A stretch of DNA of 64,000 nucleotides from positions 26,908,001-26,972,000 of the forward strand of contig CM060732.1 of NCBI GenBank assembly GCA_030704615.1, written 5' to 3'. The notes beneath the pieces were generated by a model that was not told the origin of the DNA, searched no databases, and was given only the letters and a program-made list of their open reading frames with translations. The DNA is from Takakia lepidozioides. Its lineage: Eukaryota; Plantae; Bryophyta. Shown piece by piece: positions 49,801 through 63,306 of this stretch. The first letter of the stretch is position 1. Each line of letters starts with the position of its first letter. The position numbers were made by a program, and so were the translations under genes.

Positions 49801-50656
49801 ATGCCGCGTTCCACTTTAGTATGGACAGTAACCCAAACCTGAGTGGGGTAGTCTACCAAACTCTCATCTCCAAGGATAAAGTCATCAAATCTATCCCAAG
49901 GTATGCAGGCCTTCTGAACATTCACTCGCACACCCATATACCCATATTGCGTGTCACTCTTCCAACGGAGGTCCTTCCTATTGAAGGGTCCTGGTTTTGG
50001 TGTTTGCAAACATTGTCGAAGAGGCCGTATTAGCGGGCTTTCCGTTTCCAATATGTCATGGCCTTCTGCTTGCACATCCACGCCCTGTATAGTACAATGG
50101 ACACAATTCAAAACATGTAAGAAACGCGCCGCAGTACCCTGGACACGATCGACAACGTGCAAGGAGCAACAGTGCGCACGTTCGCGGCTGCTGGCAAGTG
50201 TCAGGCGGCAGGGATAAGGTTTCAATTCATGCCCTAAAATTGGAGGGCTCAGATGGGATTTAGGCACGGATGGTCCAGATCCGGTCTTGTCAGTGGACTG
50301 GAAGTTGGGGGATTGGCGCAGCGGACTGGCCACCAGTGTACTGGCCGGCAGACTGGCGCAGCGGACTAGCCGGCAAGCTGACGTAGCAGACTGGCCGGCA
50401 GACTGGAGGGAAGCGGACTCATGGGCAGCGGACTGGCAGAGTGGACGTGGACGAGGACTGGCTCAGCGGACCAGCCGTGGCGGATTGGAGGCGCGGGGGG
50501 AGCTGTCGCGGCTGCTGCAGCCGCGGGGTGAGTGGGCGTGGCTGGGCGACCGCGCGGAGCGGGGGGGGGGGAGGGGGGCGCGGGCATCCGTGCACGTGGC
50601 CCACCGCTCAGCTCGCGCGTGCGCCATAACAATGCTAATATTGTAAAATGAGAGGC
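46815..50656 (-). mobile_element. Long-TIR Mutator-like element, internally deleted (3,842 bp)
   Basis: GC-rich TIRs of about 420 bp starting GCCTCTCATTTTACAATATTAGC. Perfect 9-bp TSD TTGACAAAT (46806-46814, 50657-50665). Minus-strand transposase pieces LYTLMIFDEWLNGIPVAY...FIVDDAEAEINAI and FLCLWHIRKAW. Confidence 0.92.
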
Positions 50657-53600
50657 TTGACAAATTGCCCTTAATTGAAGGGCAAATTGCCTCTTTAAGA
50701 AAAAGTTGGATGACACCTCCCAAAGGTTGTCTTTTCATCCCTGGGGAAATTGCCTCTAGGGTCTAGACTTGCAATCAGGCTGGGCATCACAAGTCACAAC
50801 TCCACACCGACCAGGGTGCAAAATAAAGTAAAACAATAAAGATAAAAACAAAATTAAGAGAATTAACTGTACGGTGGGTCTTTTGGATTCCCATGGGATC
50901 CACTAATGATAAGGGCTTTACCGGTGAGGGCTTCCCACATGAATATTGCCTGGTTTGACTGTATATGGCAAAGGGGAGTTCAGAGCCCTGTCCTTTCACC
51001 CCAAAAGTGGCCAGAGATAGGAATCAGAAGCTTGAAAAGTGTAGGGATGTGAAGAGAGCCCGAAAGTGAATCTTCCCGAAGTTTAAGTCGTTCGGTTAGC
51101 TCAAATAGAATATTCTTGAGGCACGCCCCTTCCGTGGGAACAAAAAAATCAAGACCCCACCAAGAGGGCAAATGATTTTGCAGTACCCTTTGTGCCTCGT
51201 GGAAGGGCATCTCAACCACATTCCTATTGAAGGAGACAGCACACATGGGTGATATTCTCTTGATATACCCTCCGGGTTATTAGCTATTACCTACATGTGA
51301 GGACTACGTTGTCAATATATAAGGAATATCCAGGACGCACTGCCAGCAAATTACGATTTGGGCAGCGCAGATAGCCATAATCTCTTTGTTGGGGCCTACA
51401 ATTTTGCTCTCTAAATGCCCATAGGACATGAACTGGGGAAGACGTGAGGATTTGGAAAAAGTAAGTGCAACCCCTTGCGGGTCAATCTGGCGTTTAGGGG
51501 TTAAGTACCTTATATCTTGACTGGTTCCAATTGGGGAGAGGCTCCCATTGATGGATGAATATATATGTATATATACATATATATACATATATGTATGTAT
51601 TGTCTGATATTATTCAATAAGTTTCAATGATCTCAAATACACATTAAATTCCAGAAAAATCTAATGCATAACATAAATGAATAGATACATCCAATCATCA
51701 AATGCAGGGTTGGGTGACCTACATAATTGGCAGAGCCTAACTAGTGTCCTTGTTTTTTCCTTTGGGGTGCGGGCTCCCATTTTTCTTACTTTTTCTTACT
51801 ACCTAGTAAGAAAAACAGAAACAAAAACTTGGGAGATACAAATAAAAGAGAATAGGAGAAATAGCTGTAAAGCACAAAGAAGTTGGTGGACCCATGGGTG
51901 TAGAGGCTATTGGCGTCCATCATGACACTTTGGTACACGATGTACATATTCTCCAGAATGCTTACGATCTTCTGTGCATATGAGATAGCGACATGCTGCT
52001 ATTCTCATGTTATCCTTGGTTAATATTGTAGAACAGGGATTCATATAGTATGGGAAACAAAAAAAAGCTTTCTGTCTCATGTTGCAATATTTCTTATTCC
52101 CCCATGCAATTCAGACCCCATGACGAGTGCCGCCCCCCTCTTGCTGGCTGATGTTTTTCGGGAAGGTTTGAGGGGTGCTTATCTATGTGCTTTGATAGTT
52201 TGCAATGCGACACATGGTTAGCCGTTTCATGTACCCGGGATTCGCAGTCGTACTGGACATGTTGGGTCCACATGGAAAGGGGAGCATGTATCACACCTAT
52301 ATTTGTCAATGCTACATGACAAATCGTTGAGAAGCCATGTACGCAATCAAATAATAAAAGGTATGGTCGCTTGTGTACGGTCCCACTTTTACCTACTACC
52401 CTTTTGGCCTCTTGCACCATGTGTTTTCTTTGTGTTCTCATGTATCCTCGCTACCGGACAAACCCCAAAAAAAAGGGGAAAAAAGGAAAAATTAAACACT
52501 TGTTGCTTGACAATTGCCAAAAGGAAACCATCTTTTTCAGAAGCATGTGTAGCATGTGATGATGGAGATGGCATGATTCAGTGAGTGTCTGGCATGACTT
52601 ATGCAGCCTGTGATTGCGCTGTTAAGCAGAAGGTGAAGATGCATTTCCAACTGATATGCTGCAAAGAGTGTTATCATCCAGAGAGAGAGAGAGAGCGAGA
52701 GAGAGGAATCGTTATAATATGTTGCACAATTCACGCAATCATCGACATCTGCAAACGTGGGTACGATTTGACAATTCTGAGCTTTGCAGTCCTGCATTGC
52801 TCGCGCAGACGTGTGTCAGCTGCGTTTGCTCCATCCACCTGCTTCTGCCGCTCATGCGATCTGCAAGTTTTCCTTTCCGATGGATAGATGCGTGGCTAGA
52901 GAGAGTTGATCCACCCTGGCCTGCTGCACCGAACTGTACTAGCTACTAACCATCCTTGTAACGGCTCAGTTCATGGCGTCGCTGGCACGGCCAGCGCCAC
53001 ATGCCCCTCTCAATTTGCCACAAAATTTCCAGAATGTGAATAGTCATCCTTCAGTCGATTCACGCAAGAAGAAATCATGCGGAAGACTTGGATTATTGTT
53101 ATAATCATGGAAGGCAGCTTGAGACACTGGAACTTGGATTCACCTGCAATCTCGGTATTAATCTAGTAAGACCAAACAACAGTTGCGAGCTCTCCAAACT
53201 CCGCAAGAACACGTACCGGAGGTGAAATTTAACAAAGAGGATATAAGTGTGATTGTCTGACCGATCAATCTAAGACCTTCAGTTCCAATTTTGACCATGA
53301 CCATCTACCATCAGTCTTGAGCAAAATTCATTCATGAACTGGGAAGGCACCAAAGAAAATGTTTGGGCCGTAGTACTCACGCCTTCACTGGTAACTAGAC
53401 TTTGTTTTGTCACTACTGAATTGTTCTCGCAGTGGGCCATGTGGTGTTTCACATTTATGCACCAATTGTTTTTAAATAAATTAATAAAAACATTTGGAAA
53501 CATCCCGGATCTGGCAAACATCATTGGGGCCCTTCAATTAAAGTGACAGTAGAAATAACCTCTTTCATAGTAATCTTGCCATGAGGCACCCAGCACAAGG

Positions 53601-54916
53601 CGGCTGATGGAACACCTAGAAGATCATACATAACATGAACTATTCATCTGAGCTACTGCTGAAACAATTTGAGGGCTAACAAAATACTAATATGCTCATA
53701 ATAAATAAATAAATAAATGCTAATATGCTAATATATTTTTTATAAAAATTTAAAAATGTCTTAAAAAATGTGTGGCATGAGTCCAAGTCAAAGCCTCTGT
53801 CCCCTTTGCTTCAAAAACAAAAACAAAAACAAAAACGTCTAAGATTTGGACCTAAAAGACCCATGTTAATCTATAACTGGTCCAAACAAAGCATAGATGA
53901 AGGAGTGAGAAGGTCAAGCAAGGCAGACCAGGCGTGGCCATGGCAGCACCACTCCAACCCGGTCCCTTTCAGGCGCTTTTTCGTGCCACCTATAGATATG
54001 GATTGTTTGTCCAGTATGGATGGATGGATTGACAATTGCTCGTTCATAATTGATGATCGGAATGTCATTTTAAAACGTCCCATGATGAGAAGGGAGGGTA
54101 AACATCCAACAAATGGCCCACTGGTCAGGGCACAAGGCCACCTTACAAGTGGTCTTGGTTGTATTGTGTATGTTGGATGTCACCCATTTTAGAAGGTGTT
54201 CACCTTCCAAACAGAAGACAATAGCCGTTTCCGATGAAGTGACACCATAAGTTACGTCCGTCTTTTCTCTCTCTCTCTCTCCGCTCTTATGGGACAGTTG
54301 GTGGTAGGCCATATATGAAACGTCAGAACCAACGGGATCGCGCCGTACTAGTAGTTTACTAAAAACATCATGCTGCGTCATCTCGTTCCATACACCCACA
54401 AGTAACTCTACCAATATTTGCATAATGGCTCCTCCGTGTCCAAGGTGGGATCTACTATAACATACTGCTTCCGTCATGGCTTGCCGTGCGTTAGAGCCTT
54501 ATGGCGGCCATGTGCCTTTAAGGGTTTTCATTTTCTCCCCTTCAAATAATCTAAAATTAAACCAGGGCCTATGTCCCCTGTTCAGGTTTAAAATTTTAAA
54601 CTTACTGCTAGTCATAGTGAGATCTATTTTCATCCATAAAACTCATAACATTATGCACTTATATATGTTCATATAAAATTCATCCTCTTCCATGGGAGTC
54701 ATCCATTTTCTACTGCATCAATTATGATACTCTCAGGGTAGGCCTGATACCATCCATAACTGTGGATACGATTTGGTTTTAGAATACTCGATAACTATCA
54801 CTATGCATACCGGAACTGAAAACGTTTTTGAGATATCCTGACTTCCGTAACTGTGGGTATGTTTTGTTTTTAAGAGAATATTTGTTACGCCGGCCAGTAG
54901 CCGCCAAAAGTGAATA

Positions 54917-55192
54917 CTGTAGACCCCTTCAATGTCTGGCGCATCGCTTCCGAATATTTAATTATTTCAGAGAAAGTAGGTCCGGCACCTAAATTTAGAT
55001 TTTTACAATTTTTGAACAAGTTGGTCACATACATGTAAATTACCTCTAGGGAGGTAATTAGGGTCTATCCTCTAGAGGATAACCCTAACCCAAAATTCTT
55101 TATCGCTTCAACATTGATGTCATTACTTTTCTGAATATTTCAGACAAACAAAATTTGAACTAATAAACGCCGGACATCGAAGGACTCTACGG
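54917..55192. mobile_element. Tc1/mariner (Stowaway-like) MITE
   Basis: Imperfect TIRs of about 25 bp, CTGTAGACCCCTTCAATGTCTGGCG / CGCCGGACATCGAAGGACTCTACGG, flanked by TA on both sides. Confidence 0.75.
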
Positions 55193-56536
55193 TAACATGG
55201 TGCGTAGTGCTGCATACCAAGACCTCATAGATGGGCATATCTCTATTGCCTATAACCTATCAACGCTGGTAATTTGAATCCGATAATTTTGAAATGCCCG
55301 CACCTGCTGGTAGGGAAACTTGAAACATAACATCTACATTATCCGTTAAATGTATAAAGTTATGTTCATTTCAGTTTTTTACCAAATAATATAAAAATTG
55401 AAATTAAGTATATGATGTTTTGAAGCCTTTTGCTCTTGCCCTAGCCACTGGATAAATATCAAAGCATTTTACTCCAAATTCTACTTAGGCGTTCAGCTAC
55501 AATGCCTCCGGCGCCTATCAAAAGGGTGAGCAGTCGTTTCTTTTTTTTTGAAAAAATAAATTATTATTATTTTAAACGGTGATCATTTGACCATTCACAA
55601 ATTAATTATTACTATGGATTGGGTATTTATTGTGACAACCAAGATATACCATACCTGTTTGGTTTAAAACCCAACTGTCTGCTATAAGACGGCCTTGTGC
55701 TACAGCCACTGGGCCATCTCACGGAAACTATCAAATCATATACGTTGGACATAGAGGCTGCTCAAAGGGTGATGGGGACTCTTGACATCAATCAATTATA
55801 GGCTGACGGCCATCATCCAAGGCTATCAATCATCCCTTAGGTCATCAAATCCGTCCTATCCTCCTTTTCCCACTGCTACCCTGCTGGTGATTCAGGTCAT
55901 GGAACTTCACTAGCAGAACAAACCAGCACATCATATTTCCATAGACACAATCGATATTGAGAGTCCCATATCTGGTGTTTCATACCAAATCCCCATTCTT
56001 TATTGTTTTGGAGGTGAGAAAGTTGTTCTTATTTGTAAACTAAAATACAGGGTCTGAAGGGAGGGATGCAAGGAAGAAGCACATTATTGCTGAAGGTAAG
56101 CCCGTGACATAACCTATCGTGGGTCAATCCAGTCAATCTCGATGCTTCAAAGAAACGGTTATGGACTAGGTAGCCGGGGAGGTCGGAGACCGGCTACCGG
56201 GTGTAGCAGGGGAGGGTAGCCAGTCAAGCCTCCCCGTCTACTGGACATAACCAAGGTTTCTGGACATATTGAGCCACTACATGATGCACAATAACCCTGT
56301 CAGTCATCCAAGTGCTGTGGTAGAGCTGGCGGTGGTGCGCTGCAGGCCTGTCCAAGACAAATTAAACGCTGCCACGTAAGCAATGCCTCCAAACCTTGGT
56401 TATGTTCGGATAACCAGCTTGAGCCGTCGGTTACCGGATGCAGCGCTACCACGCCTCACCTACACGTGTAACCCATGGCCTCTCGCTGGTTGTCTAGTCC
56501 TTGGCAGGACAAAAATAATGTAGAAATTGTCCTAGG

Positions 56537-56786
56537 GTGGGTCACTATAAAGAAGTCCTGATTGCTTACTGCAGGGTGGGCCTGGGGGTGGAGTTGCTGT
56601 TAGAGCCAGAGCTATCGGTTGAGATAGAGAGCGGCCAAATAGAGTGTTTGGCATATGTGGTGCCAAGTGCCAGGGTGCTGGATGCCTCTCCAATTTGATC
56701 CATTCCAACCCTTGCCCTAATAGCAACTCCACCCCCAGGGCCGCACTTTGCACTAGTCAATTAGGTGCTTCTTTGTAGTGACCCAC
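56537..56786. mobile_element. Fold-back MITE-like element, 250 bp
   Basis: Imperfect inverted termini of about 75 bp (GTGGGTCACTATAAAGAAG...CTTCTTTGTAGTGACCCAC; CCTGGGGGTGGAGTTGCT / AGCAACTCCACCCCCAGG); TSD unclear. Confidence 0.6.
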
Positions 56787-57989
56787 TGACCCCAGGGCTG
56801 ATCCTCATAGGGTTGAAATGAATCATAGTCTATTTTAAGAGAATTGAAGCGGCCCATTTCAATTCTTAAAAATGATCCATTAGGGCCCACTCCCAAAAGG
56901 GCAGTACCCGAGGGATGAGGTGGCTCTTGCATGCACCTTCTCTCTCTTTGATCTTAGCATTTTTCTCATTTGCTAAGTGCCCTGATTCAAAGTGCCATCA
57001 TTCAAATTGTAATCATTGATATGGTTTTTTTTTAGCTATTTTGAGTTTTAAGCTAACACCTAATTGTGAGCTATTTCTATCATATTTTTATTAAAAGTAA
57101 TTAATAATAACTAATAGCTAATGCCAGACTCGAACTATGAGCCGGCTGGTACTAAACTTCTCGCATGATTGAGTTCATAGCTCATGAACTAAATTACTAC
57201 ATTATTCATGCTAGTATCCGTAAATTTGAAAAATTTAAATACTCAAGCCAGTTGGTATCATAAGATTGTTGAATGGCCGTAGCGGAAATCAACCGGGTGC
57301 CCTACTTTTAGGAAGGATATTTGCCTTTCCATTTCATTACAGACAAGAAATCTGCCTTAGTTGGCAAGGCCTGGACGGATTCCGGCCCTTCTTATATTAC
57401 AAAAAACGGAAATGGCCGTCGAAGTCTGCCACATGGCAGAAATCCAACGTGCCAGGCCGGGTTACATCCGAGGAAGGGCGTTCAGGTGAAAAAAATATTT
57501 GAACTCAAGAGGGCGGGCCCGCGTGCAAACCCTACTAAGTCTGGACGTTGCTCTTGCAGCCCCAGCCCCACGCCTGCTTGCACTCCCTGCCTGCTATCAC
57601 AGCTCACCTGTCCACGCGGGTTCAATTCTTTGCCTCCTTGGGGTTTGAGGGCATTGACAGGTCCAACTTCTATATGGATACAATATTCTTCACTTGTTTG
57701 AATTGCTTAAAACTGGTTGTGATTATTTATTATTATTATTATTTACTTATTGTTGTGCATATGACACTTGTGTTGTCAACTGGTTGATATTTATAAGGGC
57801 CGGATTTATAGCTGAACACAAAATAAATCATTAGGAATATTACCGGTTGTAAGGAATTTATCTCAAAAATTGACCGGTATAGTTACCACTAAGGGGCAGC
57901 AACCGACTGGCCAACCCACTTAGCCGATTGCTGCTGGGAATGAGCGGCTACTGGCTGGTTCAACTCAAATTATTTCCTGGACGCTGGAT

Positions 57990-58047
57990 GGCATTCCTGG
58001 ATTTGAGGGCGGCAGCCCCAGGGAAGGCCCTCAAATCCAGGAATGCC
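57990..58047. repeat. Perfect 21-bp inverted repeat with 16-nt loop
   Basis: GGCATTCCTGGATTTGAGGGC (57990-58010) / GCCCTCAAATCCAGGAATGCC (58027-58047). Confidence 0.9.
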
Positions 58048-58122
58048 CTGGGGGCATTACCCTGCATAAAGCACGTGCAACAAGGCGTGAGATACACGTA
58101 GGCCCTGCCACTGTTTTATTGA

Positions 58123-58420
58123 CATGAAGTGTAACATGTGCCCAACTGGGAACTAAAATCTTTCATGTTCCCATAAAGTCTCATGGGAACAACCCATGAT
58201 ATAAGGTTGAGGTACTTTGGCCAACTTGATGCGCAGTCGCTACCCTCTCTGGCAGCATGAAGTGTAAGATGTGCCCAATTGGGAACTAAAATCTTTCATG
58301 TTCCCATAAAGTCTCATGGGAACAACCCATGTAGCATGAAGTGTAGCATGTGCCCAACTGGGAACTAAAATCTTTCATGTTCCCATAAAGTCTCATGGGA
58401 ACAACCCATGATATAAGGTT
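58123..58420. repeat. Three near-identical repeats of about 76 bp with an internal hairpin
   Basis: CATGAAGTGTA..ATGTGCCCAA.TGGGAACTAAAATCTTTCATGTTCCCATAAAGTCTCATGGGAACAACCCATG three times. Confidence 0.9.
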
Positions 58421-59145
58421 ATGGTCACTTGACGCGTAGTCCCTACCCTATTGGGTAGGGCCAACAAAAAAAAGGTACGGCAGTGCATTAGAGTGTAATG
58501 CCCCGCCCTGGCCAGGGCCGACAATCTACTTTGTGGGGAGCCGAGATTATGGCACCCTAAACCAGTAGGCACCCTAAATCTGACACATTTGAGACCTTGA
58601 GTCTAAACCGTAAATGCAGATTTAGCCATAGGTATAGCCAAGGGAGGAGGATGTAGCGCACCCTGTTTGTTTGTTTTTGTTTTTTTGTTTTTTTTTTAAG
58701 CACACCCTGTTCTTCACTGCTCCCCAGTGAACCCCACCACTGGTGGTATGAGTATGGAATTTGCTCATTTGCTGGAGGCACTTGGGTATGACACTTTTTT
58801 TCCCGGGATCCATTTCCTGAGGTTTCATATTTCATTCGGAAATTCTGGAATTCAGTCGGCTAGCATGTAACTGGCTGCCGGTTCTCCCCGGACGTTGATG
58901 CCCTCCACTGGGGGCATTGCCCTATACATAATGTGCTCAAAAGCGGAATGACTTCCCACAAAATGTATTGCAATAGTACTAGTTTCCTGTGTTGGACAGT
59001 TATTTATTTTTCTCTCTAATAACTGCCGGTTATCTGAGAAGCGTTATCTATCCGATTACATAAAAGAATTATGGAGAACGTGGCGGAAGCAACCATAAAT
59101 TATGGTGTCACGTGAACCCCACTGTCTTCAGTGGAAGGTGGACAC

Positions 59146-59829
59146 CAGTGTTGGGCAATTATTTAAGAAAATTGATAACCTGCGGTTCCAGTTATATACT
59201 AAATTGAAATAAAATAATAATAACCTGCTGTTCCGGTTATTTGAAAATTTATAAATTCTAATAACCTGCTGGTTATCAATAACAGATATTTTTCACCCCT
59301 TGCCGGTTATCATTAAATCCAGTTATTTCTTGGATGATAACTGGCGGTTATATATACCAGTTCTCAATTGCCGATAACTAGGATAAAAACCATTGATTGC
59401 ATTTAGTTTAATAAATATTATATATAAGGTGATGCTTTAATTATTCTAACATGATACGGAGCCTGGAAACACTTTAAGGGCCTGTTGTGGGCCCACGCCC
59501 TATATGGCGGGCATTTAAGGCCTGCAACTTCCTCCTCAGGGCTTGATATCCCATGCCTTAAAATAAATGTAAATAATATATGTATACATACGGCATTTTA
59601 ATTTTATTTACCTTATCCGGTTCTCTACCAGGTTATTTACCATCTTTTATATATATATATATATGTAACCTGCGGTTATCAATATAGACCGGTTACCAAA
59701 AACCAAAAAAAAAAAAAAACCCCACATAACCACATGTTATCAATATCACATTTTTTTGAAAATTTGCCGGTTTGGGTTGATAACATAGTTTTTATACCCT
59801 GAAAACCTAGTAACCGCCCAATTCACCAG
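59146..59829. mobile_element. hAT-type MITE nested in a SINE copy
   Basis: Starts CAGTGTTGGGC; degenerate right end GCCCAATTCACCA; 8-bp TSD GTGGACAC on both sides. Flanks (about 59090-59145 and 59830-59875) rejoin into the SINE body. Subterminal ATAACC/GGTTAT repeats. Confidence 0.75.
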
Positions 59830-60464
59830 TGGACACCTTCATGGCACTCAACATGTAGTTTGAACCTACAACCACTAGTGAAGTAGAAAAATGTTGGTTG
59901 TTTCTAATATATATCTAAATGACTGCGAGAAGCGAAAAATAAAGTAATAGGTCCAATTTAGGATAGAGGTTGGGTAGCGTGTGAGCATGCTCAGGCCAGC
60001 CAGCGTGAGCACAGAGGCATATTTTGCATATTCCCCAAAAATGTAGAGAATATGCGATAGCGAAACCAAAATGTGCTCATGCGGGGAAAAAACAAAAGCA
60101 TCTGAAAACCATACTGACGCGACAAAACTTATGAAATTAATTGTCCAAAGCTAACTCACGTGAGCACAAGCACAAAGACCCACACATATATCTATAGAAC
60201 TCAAAGGTCACCGCACGTAAACAATATGGCATTTGGTAAAACATTGTGTGTAGAACATCCCCAAGAACCACCCAAAAAATGGCGAAACCCAAATGCATCT
60301 TGGATTTTTGCCAGCAAAACTTGGGTTTCGTCAGCAAAAATTGGGTTGGTTTCTCTGTTTCAAGCTCCTTCTATATATTTTAGATTATATTTAGACACCA
60401 TGGAAACCCTATTAACGTAGAAAGACCCTATATCCGTCTATTAGGTGGACGCGTTGCCGAAGCA

Positions 60465-60560
60465 AGCATAACTTATGGTGTCACTCCCCATAGGGCTACT
60501 GCCTTCTGGTGGGAAGGTGGACACTGTAATGACTTCCAACATGGTGGATTGAACTCTCAC
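60465..60560 (-). mobile_element. SINE family fragment
   Basis: ACTTATGGTGTCAC...GGGCTACTGCCTTC...GAAGGTGGACAC matches the SINE body. Further fragments at about 46660 (+), 54190 (+), 61850 (-) and 62500 (-). Confidence 0.7.
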
Positions 60561-60610
60561 AAAAGGAACTATTCCTGAATTCATTCAGAGCCACAGAGTT
60601 GAACACTAAC

Positions 60611-61460
60611 CAGCCTTGTCCAAATGGATGAGTTGGTATTCTTCGCCTCGCTACAAAAAGAGCTGCACTGGTAAACCTTCATCAAGAAAATAACATGCGA
60701 GAGGTCAGCCACATTATTTGCATGGAATGCCCCATGATGGTCAGAATCTCCATTAAATCAACACTCCCGCTGCTGGTATCTATTGTGGAAAATCAGCCTG
60801 AAGATGCCATCAGGTTACAGGATTTGAGTGCTAATGTCCAGCACATGAGGCTGGGACTGCAACAACCCTCACTGTCTAGGAAAGAGCACTCTAAGAGAGG
60901 GAAAAGGAGATTGTGTGCCTGCATGCAAGCAAGAAACATTTCAGGACATAAGCCACGCCACCCCAAAAGGGGAGATAATAGATGGTTGTCATTTGCTTCA
61001 GCATAGTACCACAGCTTGCCTTACTCCTTGCATGAAGGAATGGTGGAATATGCAGAGAGACATGTACCTGAAGTTGACCCGTTGATTTGAAACCACTTCA
61101 ATTGTTGAGTTGACAATAAATGCTCCACTATGAGGAAACGTAATAACATTGTTCAATATGCCTTTACTCACATCGATGACCTGCAAGCCAGTCTCTATTA
61201 AAGTCTACAATTCGCACTTCCATTACAAATGCGCACCAGAGTTCCACGGCTCTCTACATGTACATTGACGAGGGAAGACTCTGACAGACCTGCAAAATAT
61301 CTCCAGCTTGAGTGCCAAAAAGATGAGCTTCTCAATTATGAACAATTGCTCCTTCTCTGTGGTCTACAACATACGCCATGTAGCACTCAAAGAATCGTCC
61401 GTCGTCACACTATCAGCTCCCATAGTAGCCAACGCATCAATGGCTTTGATGATGCTCCCA
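60611..61460 (-). pseudogene. Fibrillin / plastid-lipid-associated protein 12-like pseudogene fragment (3 exons)
   Basis: Exons about 61460-61290 (IDALATMGADSVTTDDSLSATWRML*TTEKEQLFIIEK/HLFGTQAGDILQ, with a stop and a frameshift), 61180-61068 (VIDVSKGILNNVITFPHSGAFIVNSTIEVVSNQRVNF) and 60676-60611 (FTSAALF...PFGQGW); GT-AG introns. Matches the C-terminal PAP_fibrillin domain of PAP12 as I recall it. Confidence 0.8.
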
Positions 61461-63306
61461 AACATTATACCAGTCATGGTAGATCCAGAATAAAAGCATA
61501 TTAACAGTGATATCATGGGTAGCAACATGGCATTGTTAGTTTGTGCCACCATAACCTATGTAAAAGACACAGAAAACCTTCCATTCCCCTCATTTGAAAT
61601 TGCTAGGGGACAACGTTGCCCTCTCCCACCTCCATGCCCATTACCCTCATGAGGGATGAAAGTTTCCATTACCCCCACCACACATCCTCAACCCTCCATT
61701 CCATCTAGCTCCTCACCCACCCTGTTTCCAGAGTCACCCAAGCAGGGCCTGGATAAGGGCACTACCACGCCCTTTTCCTACCCATCTCTGGTACTGCTCA
61801 ACTGGCTAGGGACGATCCACCGGGACTGATTTAGGACGAACAGCGGGGAAATGGTATGTGCCTTTACCACAGGGCTACATGTTGGTATATCCGTCTATTA
61901 TATGTATTTCCACTGGCATACATATCACCCCTATAACCGTGGATCTTGCTCACGCGGCGTTTTTTCTGTGCTCACGCCATACCAATCCCCAGAATATGCA
62001 GAGGTTGGGCATTCAAAGAACCGACCAAATATTTGACAGCCAGATATTTGACGGTTTTTCAAATATCTGCTAGTTATTCGGAACGGCAAGATTATTATTA
62101 TTATTATTATTTTGGAGACAAGGGATTGGAGCCAGAATGATATTTCAGGAGGTGGAAAAGATAACCACCTAGAGAGGCATGGAGGCTTAGAGTGGGGATA
62201 CCAACCCGTAGGCAAATTATATCTAGCCATAAAGCTTTTAACCGCAAGAAGTTGTTTTCTAATTTCCCAAATTTTCGAACAACCAGAACAGTCGGTGTAT
62301 GAGAAAAGTCAAATATAATACCAAACACGGGTAGTTTCGACCAAGCTCGATTGCTTCACCGTCTATTTCTTCTTCCTTCCAAGGTGTTTGCAAAATGAAA
62401 ACATTATGAAAGACTCAAATACCTTCAACATCATCTTCGCCAATACCCAAGCCAAAATTTAACAAAAAACCCCAAAAATATGCATGACATGTAAGAATAT
62501 ATGACCCTTCCCGAAGGAAGCGTAAATTCTAGTGTCTTTTCACACCCCAAGGGCTAATGCTTTTCGGGGGGTTGATATCCTGTGAGCAGCTCATGTGAGC
62601 ACAACCCACGGTCATGGGAGTTATATGTTTTCAAAACGGAAAAAAACCATAAGCAAGTATAGAGGACTGGTGCATTTGTACAGTACATCTGCACCAATTC
62701 AGCGAGGCGAAACCTTCAGTAGCGTAGCCAAAAACCCTAAATCTGTAGTGGCGGTAGTGAATTTCGCATTGAGAAATACTTGGTGATATGACAAACTAAG
62801 CAGCGGTGAATTTCGCACTGAGAAATACTTGATGATACGTGCACAACCTAAGCAAGTGGTGGGTTTTGCATTGAGAAATCCCATCACCCAAAAATCCTAC
62901 GTCCAAAAGGAATGGGTGGGGGCTTGAAAAGTGACCTATTCATCCTTTTAGCCACAATGTGATTGCTTCTTAGGCGGAATTCCGCAGTGCGAAATTATCC
63001 ATGGGTGTTTTTTTTTTGTAAGCAAGGGAAAGGACCTTAAAGTTGAGGTGAAGCCTCACGGCCCACTCTCCCGCCTCTTATGGAGAAAAAAGCCATGCCT
63101 ATAGGGTAACATGTTCATCAGGTATAGGGGCTACTTGTTCTTTATGTGTTAGTTTCGCATAATTGTTAATTTCGTCAATTTCATTTCGCTCTGGAAATTT
63201 CTCGAAAAAAATTCCAGAAATTTCGGGGAATATGCCCTTCGGCTGGCGTGAGCATGCTGACCCCCTACCCAACCTCCCTTTTGGCAAGAAAGTGGACACG
63301 TCACAC

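Noticed and set aside
52540-53560. Possible exons on the minus strand
   Set aside because: Stops in the frames examined and no recognisable homology.
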